From IMG/VR virus record IMGVR_UViG_3300045115_000211, positions 1 to 64,000 of that record: a stretch of DNA of 64,000 nt, one strand, 5' to 3'. This stretch comes from a virus. The translations under genes and the position numbers were made by a program. Shown one piece after another: positions 58,918 to 64,000 of this stretch. The number at the start of each line of letters is the position of its first letter. Position 1 is the stretch's first letter. The notes below the pieces were generated by a model. That model was not told the DNA's origin. It searched no databases and saw nothing but the letters and a program-made list of their open reading frames with translations.

Positions 58918-59553
58918 ATGAAGACGGCAGAATACGCGATCGACCGCAAGGAGTTCGAGAGGTTCTGGGAGCGCGTCCAGAAGGAGGCCAAGCGCCTCTT
59001 CCCGGACGACAGCGGCGGCTCGCGCGTCGAGGTCAGGATGCGCGACTGCACCCGGGAGACAAGCACCGACGGGCTGCCCGTGCCCCACGCTCACAACATC
59101 GAGACGGACGTCGAGTGGCGCGCCGCCATCGGCTACCTGTCCTGCAACGCCAAGTCCGCCGCCGAGCGCCTCGACACGTACCTGCGCCTGCACGACATGG
59201 AGAGGCGAGCGGCCGAAGGCAAGGCGGCCCTCGCCAGCGAGTTCGAGGCCCTCGCCCAGTCCCTCGGGGTCACGATCCGCTTCGGAATTCGGCCTGTCCT
59301 GCCGAAAGGAACGACGTGGGATCACGCCCCGTTCGGCTCCTCGCGCACGGTGGCTGGGCACCCGTCCTCCTTCAGTTGCGACAACCTCTGGGAGTACCGC
59401 GATGGCGACCGCAAGAAGATGGTGGCCTGGGCGAAGGACGGGATTTCCGCCGTCCTCAAGACGGGCGGGGCGACTCCCAAGTTCTTCCTGATCGAGCCTC
59501 ACGAGTCGTCGGGGTCGCTGTGGGCGTCCGTCGCCAAGGAGACGCAGGCATGA
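58918..59553 (+). CDS. hypothetical protein
   Basis: TTGACTCC promoter; AAGGAGG RBS. Confidence 0.55.
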   Translation: MKTAEYAIDRKEFERFWERVQKEAKRLFPDDSGGSRVEVRMRDCTRETSTDGLPVPHAHNIETDVEWRAAIGYLSCNAKSAAERLDTYLRLHDMERRAAEGKAALASEFEALAQSLGVTIRFGIRPVLPKGTTWDHAPFGSSRTVAGHPSSFSCDNLWEYRDGDRKKMVAWAKDGISAVLKTGGATPKFFLIEPHESSGSLWASVAKETQA

Positions 59554-59713
59554 AGGTCCACATCGTCAGGATGTACGGGAACGTCGAGGCCATCTGCGAC
59601 AACGAGGCCGACGTCGGGCGCATCAGGAGGGAACTCCTGGAAGGCGAGGAGCTCAAGGAAGACATCGTCGAGGTCGAGACTGTCGAGACGAACCAGGTCA
59701 TCGGAGACCACGG

Positions 59714-60505
59714 ATGAAGGTACTGCTGACGAGCGGAGGGACGCGTACGGCGATCGATGCGGTGCGCCATGTGGGCAACATGTCCTCTGGCACCTTCGGG
59801 AACCACCTCTGCAGGGCGTTCCTTGAGGCTGGCCACGACGTGACGTTCCTGTACGCCAAGGGCAGCAAGTGCCCGCACGAGCTGCGTCTGTCGCTTGGGC
59901 AGGCATTGCTGGAACCCCAAAGCGACGACTGGACGTCCTGTGTCCAGCACGGTCTTGGCGATCTCGTGGCGGAACAGTTCGGCTTCCTGGCGTCGTGCCG
60001 GGACAGGTATCGCCCCACTTGGTACGACAACTTTGACGGCTACGCCGCCGAATTGTTCCGGCTCATCGGGAGCGTCCGCCCCGACATCGTCGTCCTGGCC
60101 GCCGCCGTGAGCGACTACGCCCCCGTCAAGGCGGAGGGCAAGATCAGCTCCGAGCTGGACGAGATGACGATACGGCTGGAGAAGACCCCGAAGCTCATCC
60201 GCAAGGTCAAGGATGTCCTGCCGGAATGCTTCCTCGTCGGGTTCAAGCTCCTCGTCGACAGCACGCAGGAGCAACTCGAAGCCGCGATGGCGGACCAGAT
60301 GGCGAAGGCGAGGACGGACATGGTGGTCGGCAACGACCTGCGGGACATCAAGGCCGCGAGGCACGTCCTGACGATCCTCGGGATCGACCAGCTCTTCTAC
60401 CGGTTCGATCCTATGCCGGGCGCCGAGCTGGCGAGGGAACTGGCGGAGGAGATCACGACGCAGGCGAGGACGCTCCGCGGCGAGCACCGCCGCATCGGGG
60501 CGTAG
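59714..60505 (+). CDS. coaB: phosphopantothenate-cysteine ligase (monofunctional CoaB)
   Basis: TSGGT..IDAVR...NMSSG..G, AAAVSDY, KTPKLI, VGFKL. Confidence 0.9.
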   Translation: MKVLLTSGGTRTAIDAVRHVGNMSSGTFGNHLCRAFLEAGHDVTFLYAKGSKCPHELRLSLGQALLEPQSDDWTSCVQHGLGDLVAEQFGFLASCRDRYRPTWYDNFDGYAAELFRLIGSVRPDIVVLAAAVSDYAPVKAEGKISSELDEMTIRLEKTPKLIRKVKDVLPECFLVGFKLLVDSTQEQLEAAMADQMAKARTDMVVGNDLRDIKAARHVLTILGIDQLFYRFDPMPGAELARELAEEITTQARTLRGEHRRIGA

Positions 60506-61025
60506 GAGGACGACGATGGCATTCACGTGCAAGGATTGTGCGCCAGAGAGCGCCGGATGGCTGTTCGACTTGGCGATGGGTGTCAGCCGTGGACCGTGCG
60601 AGGACTGCGGCAGGGTCTCCGACTGCATCGACTGGCACGGGGACTCGCGTTCCACCGGCGACAAGCCGAAGGGAGAACCCCTTGACGCGCACAGGTACGA
60701 CAGCCGCGAGGACGAATGAGCCCGAAGCTCGACAGGAAGGACTGGCCCAAGCCGCCTCCGTTCGTGAGGCCGGACAGCCTGTGGCTGGTCGTCTACGAGT
60801 GCCGGTACGACGTGATCAGGGTGTCGCCCCAGGGGGACGGGTTCTTCGCGCCGGGCCAGGACGTCCTGTGGGGGTTCAGCAGCGTGACGGAGTGGGTCAG
60901 GGAGATCGTGCCGCCGGGCGAGGAGGCTGCGAGGGCGGCGTGCCCGAGGTGCGGATGCTAGGCGATGGACCCCTTCGGGATGGGCGTCGTGGTACACGAC
61001 ATCGGGAAATGCGGAGGGATCAGGG

Positions 61026-61430
61026 ATGTCAAGCACTAGGATGGCGATAGTCGTACGGCGTGACCTGAACATGCCGCCGGGGCTGCTGGCGGCGCAGGTC
61101 CTGCACGTGGGGATGCTGTTCGTGCAGGACTCATGGAAGGTGTGCCGCCACGAACTCGGCGAAGACCGGTATTCCCTTGAGTTCGAGCCTGGCGAATGCG
61201 AGTGGATACAGCAGCCATACGTCGCCGTGCTAGGCGTGGACACGCCCGAGGAGCTCGCGGCCGTCCAGAAGATGGGCGAGGACGAGAAGTTGCCCGTGAG
61301 GGTTTGGAAGGACGTCATACCGTCCAAGGTCCTCGAAGGGCGCGTTCTGGAGTGCGTGGTCGGCATATCCATCGGGCCCGCCGACTCCGACCGGATCAGG
61401 AAGGCGACGGGGACGCTGCCGCTGTTCTGA
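61026..61430 (+). CDS. peptidyl-tRNA hydrolase 2-like
   Basis: IVVRRDLNM..G.LAAQ..H, IGP, TGTLPLF. Confidence 0.75.
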   Translation: MSSTRMAIVVRRDLNMPPGLLAAQVLHVGMLFVQDSWKVCRHELGEDRYSLEFEPGECEWIQQPYVAVLGVDTPEELAAVQKMGEDEKLPVRVWKDVIPSKVLEGRVLECVVGISIGPADSDRIRKATGTLPLF

Positions 61431-61440
61431 GGAGGACGAC

Positions 61441-62598
61441 ATGAAGGTGCTGGTGGGCATGACCGGGAGCGTGGCGACGACCATAGCCCCCAAGATCGTC
61501 AAGGCGATCGAGGATGGCGTCCCACTTCTGGACTCCGTCGAGGTCGTGATGACCGACAAGGCCCAGATGTTCTTCGGGGCGGATGCCCTGCGGCGTCAGG
61601 CTGGGGTCAGGGTCTACACGGAGCGGGACGAGTGGATATGGAGCAGGAGAGAGCACCCGAACTTCAACAGCCCATACCCCATCCCACCCGAGGACAAGTG
61701 GCAGAAGGGAGACCCCATCCTGCACGTCGAGCTCGCCAAGCGGTCGTCCTGCCTCGTCATCGCCCCGGCGTCGGCCAACACCCTAGGCAAGATGGCGCAC
61801 GGCATCTGCGACAACCTCCTGACGTCCGTGTTCCTCGCGTGGCGGAGGAGCCGCCCCGTCGTCGTCGCCCCGTCGATGAACTCCCACATGTGGTCGTCCC
61901 CCGTTGTGCAGGCCAGCCTCAAGGACCTGCGGGCGACGAACCCCAACATCGTCGTCGTGCCTCCCGTCGAGAAGGAACTCGCGTGCGGGGACGTGGGGGT
62001 CGGGGCGCTCGCCGACGCGGGCGACATAGCCAAGGCGGTGGCTTGCGCCCTGCGCTGGGACTTCCCCCTTCCGGAGACGACCTGCCCTGGCATCCCCGTC
62101 GGGAACCACCTCGGCTCGTTCGGGATCGTCCGCCGGCATGGCAAGCGCCATTGCGGGGTCGACCTGTACTGCCGGAACGGGACGATGGTCACGGCGGTCG
62201 AGCCCGGGGTCGTCGTCGCCATCGATGGCTTCACCGGGGCGTCCGTCGGCTCGCCATGGTGGAACGAGACCAAGGCGGTCAAGGTGGAGGGGGCGAGCGG
62301 GGTCGTCTGCTACGGTGAAATCAGGCCGTACTTGAGCCTCAAGGTCGGCGACATGCTCGGCAGGGGAGACCCCTTGGGGCAGGTGGAGCAGGTCCTGCCG
62401 GACGGACAGTTGCGCGGCGACATCCCCGGCCACTCGCTATCGATGCTCCACATCCAGCTCTACGAGCATGGCCGCGTCCACAAGGACGAGTCGTGGCTGG
62501 AGGGGCAGCCCCAGCCCGGCGGCGTCCTCGACCCCACGCCCTTCCTGCTGGACTGCTGGAAGGGCCTGACGCTGGACATGCCGGAGGCAAAGGCGTGA
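61441..62598 (+). CDS. coaC: PPC decarboxylase (CoaC/HFCD flavoprotein) fused to M23 peptidase
   Basis: TGSVA, HVEL, APASANT..K.A.GICDNL, PSMN..MW, LACGD.G; C-terminal HCGVD...LHIQL. Confidence 0.85.
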   Translation: MKVLVGMTGSVATTIAPKIVKAIEDGVPLLDSVEVVMTDKAQMFFGADALRRQAGVRVYTERDEWIWSRREHPNFNSPYPIPPEDKWQKGDPILHVELAKRSSCLVIAPASANTLGKMAHGICDNLLTSVFLAWRRSRPVVVAPSMNSHMWSSPVVQASLKDLRATNPNIVVVPPVEKELACGDVGVGALADAGDIAKAVACALRWDFPLPETTCPGIPVGNHLGSFGIVRRHGKRHCGVDLYCRNGTMVTAVEPGVVVAIDGFTGASVGSPWWNETKAVKVEGASGVVCYGEIRPYLSLKVGDMLGRGDPLGQVEQVLPDGQLRGDIPGHSLSMLHIQLYEHGRVHKDESWLEGQPQPGGVLDPTPFLLDCWKGLTLDMPEAKA

Positions 62599-63254
62599 AC
62601 ATCCTGATCATCGCAAGGCACAGGATGCGGTACTGGTGGCGCAGGTCAGTTAAGGCCTTGGGGTTCTGCCCAGATTGCTGGAGCATCCTGAACTACACGA
62701 CGAGGGGCAGGCCGATATGCCCGAGGTGCGGGAGGTAGACCTCCACGTGAAGTGGCACGGCAAACGGTTGCGTGGCGTGACGCGGTGGGAAGTCCGGCAT
62801 TCCGAGGGCGCTGACCACGGTCTGCGCCCGCAGAGGTTCGGTTCGCGACGCGAAGCAGTGCTCCGCGCCCGCGAGTGGAACAAGGACTTTCCGGGACACG
62901 TCGTGTGCCCGGTGTTGCCACACGCCCAGCCTCGCCCTGTTCGTCACATCAAATGAGACAGACGCAGCGGTCAGGACATGCCGCGCCGAAGCGAAAGGAA
63001 ACGGGGATGAGAAAGCACACGGTCAAGGTGACGGTGTCTGGGTCGAGGGGGACAGGGCTCACGACGATCGCCGAAGTTATCCGCCAGGCCCTTGAGCAGG
63101 CCGACTTCGAGTGCGAGGTCTCGTCGGGATTGCAGAGGGAGTTCGACGACCTTCCCGGCGGCTCCTTCGACCTTCGCTGCGGCGCCGTCAGGGAAAAGAC
63201 CATGGTCGTCATCGGGGAACTCGCCTGCCGCCCTGGCAAGGCGGGGAAGTAGGC

Positions 63255-63626
63255 ATGGGCTGCATCGAATATCCCGACATGCCGGCCGACGTCGTGCCAG
63301 ACAAGTGCAGGTCGTGCGACGGGCATTGCTGCAAGATATACGCCGACCACGATCACGGAGGCGGCAGGCCGTGGACGGTGTGGTTCGAGGAGTGGTGCGA
63401 GAACTGGCTCGCCGAGTTCGCCGCGACGGAGGCCGACAAGCGCTTCGTCCCGTTGTTCGATCCGCTTGAGGTCCACATGGGAGGCAACGAGCATATGCTC
63501 GCCGACCTGCGGGCGAGGGGCATCGATCCTGACTCGTGCCAGTACCGGGGACAGTCGGGATGCTTGCTTCCGAGGGAGTTCCGACCGAAGGTGTGCAGGC
63601 TGTATGTCTGCAAGGAGGCTCAATGA
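63255..63626 (+). CDS. Cys-cluster protein (YkgJ-like)
   Basis: CxxCxGxCC...C...C...RPxxC..Y.C. Confidence 0.55.
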   Translation: MGCIEYPDMPADVVPDKCRSCDGHCCKIYADHDHGGGRPWTVWFEEWCENWLAEFAATEADKRFVPLFDPLEVHMGGNEHMLADLRARGIDPDSCQYRGQSGCLLPREFRPKVCRLYVCKEAQ

Positions 63627-64000
63627 AAGAAGTTGTTGAGGCGCGGGCGACCATGAAGGTCCGCAACTTCATGCAAGGGGCGGCGATAGGGGTTCTTCTT
63701 CTTTCGATCGTCGTTGGCGTGCTGTGCGCCATCGGGAACGACCGCCGCAAGGCGACCGCCAGGGGCGTCAGGGTCGGATCGTCGAGCCTGTCCGTCAAGT
63801 TCTCCCCCAAGGGCGGCTGCGCCGACGCCATCGTGGCGGAGATCGGCAAGGCGAAGGAGTCCGTCCTCGTGCTCGCCTACTCGTTCACGTCGCGGCCCAT
63901 CTTCGCCGCCCTGCTGGAGGCCAAGAGGAGAGGGATCGACGTCAAGGTCGTCGTGGACGGCGGCCAACTGGAGGTGAGGTCGCTGGTCTGGGAGTCCTAC
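63623..64000 (+). CDS. phospholipase D / Nuc-family protein (runs off the window)
   Basis: TM segment, then FSPKGGC.DAIV.EI..AK.SV.V.AYSFTS.PI..AL..A.RRG.DVKVVVD. Confidence 0.8.
   Translation, partial: MKEVVEARATMKVRNFMQGAAIGVLLLSIVVGVLCAIGNDRRKATARGVRVGSSSLSVKFSPKGGCADAIVAEIGKAKESVLVLAYSFTSRPIFAALLEAKRRGIDVKVVVDGGQLEVRSLVWESY

Noticed and set aside
1-64000. CRISPR array, rRNA, integrase or transposase
   Set aside because: No regularly spaced repeats or recognisable motifs found by eye.

Overview
This GC-rich window looks like part of a large (jumbo-type) phage genome. It has densely packed, mostly + strand genes and many short hypotheticals. Recognisable functions: nucleotide/DNA metabolism (class II RNR, Ndk, NAD-dependent ligase), six orphan DNA methyltransferases plus Vsr, RNA repair/processing (RtcB, Pol-beta NTase, RNase Z-like, NADAR), protein quality control (ClpP, McsA-like, Map, Pth2), CoA-pathway enzymes (CoaB, CoaC-M23, CoaD-HD), two sigma factors, four tRNAs, and ten lower-GC homing-endonuclease-like genes. 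No structural module is present, so the phage call is an inference. The most striking observation is at 22478-22661 (-). A 21-aa leader peptide carrying QNNNQQN, with mutually exclusive 1:2, 2:3 and 3:4 hairpins, lies directly upstream of a tRNA-Asn/Asn/Gln/Gln operon. This is an apparent ribosome-mediated attenuator that would switch on replacement tRNAs when the same tRNAs become limiting. Also found by eye: a recurrent G(C/A)AGG-N19-GAA(T) promoter motif ahead of every mobile endonuclease, two families of unannotated micro-proteins coupled to unrelated endonucleases, an HNH insertion that supplies a new 5' end for its target gene, a split NTase gene, and about 12 leaderless genes. All calls rest on motif recognition; no searches were run.
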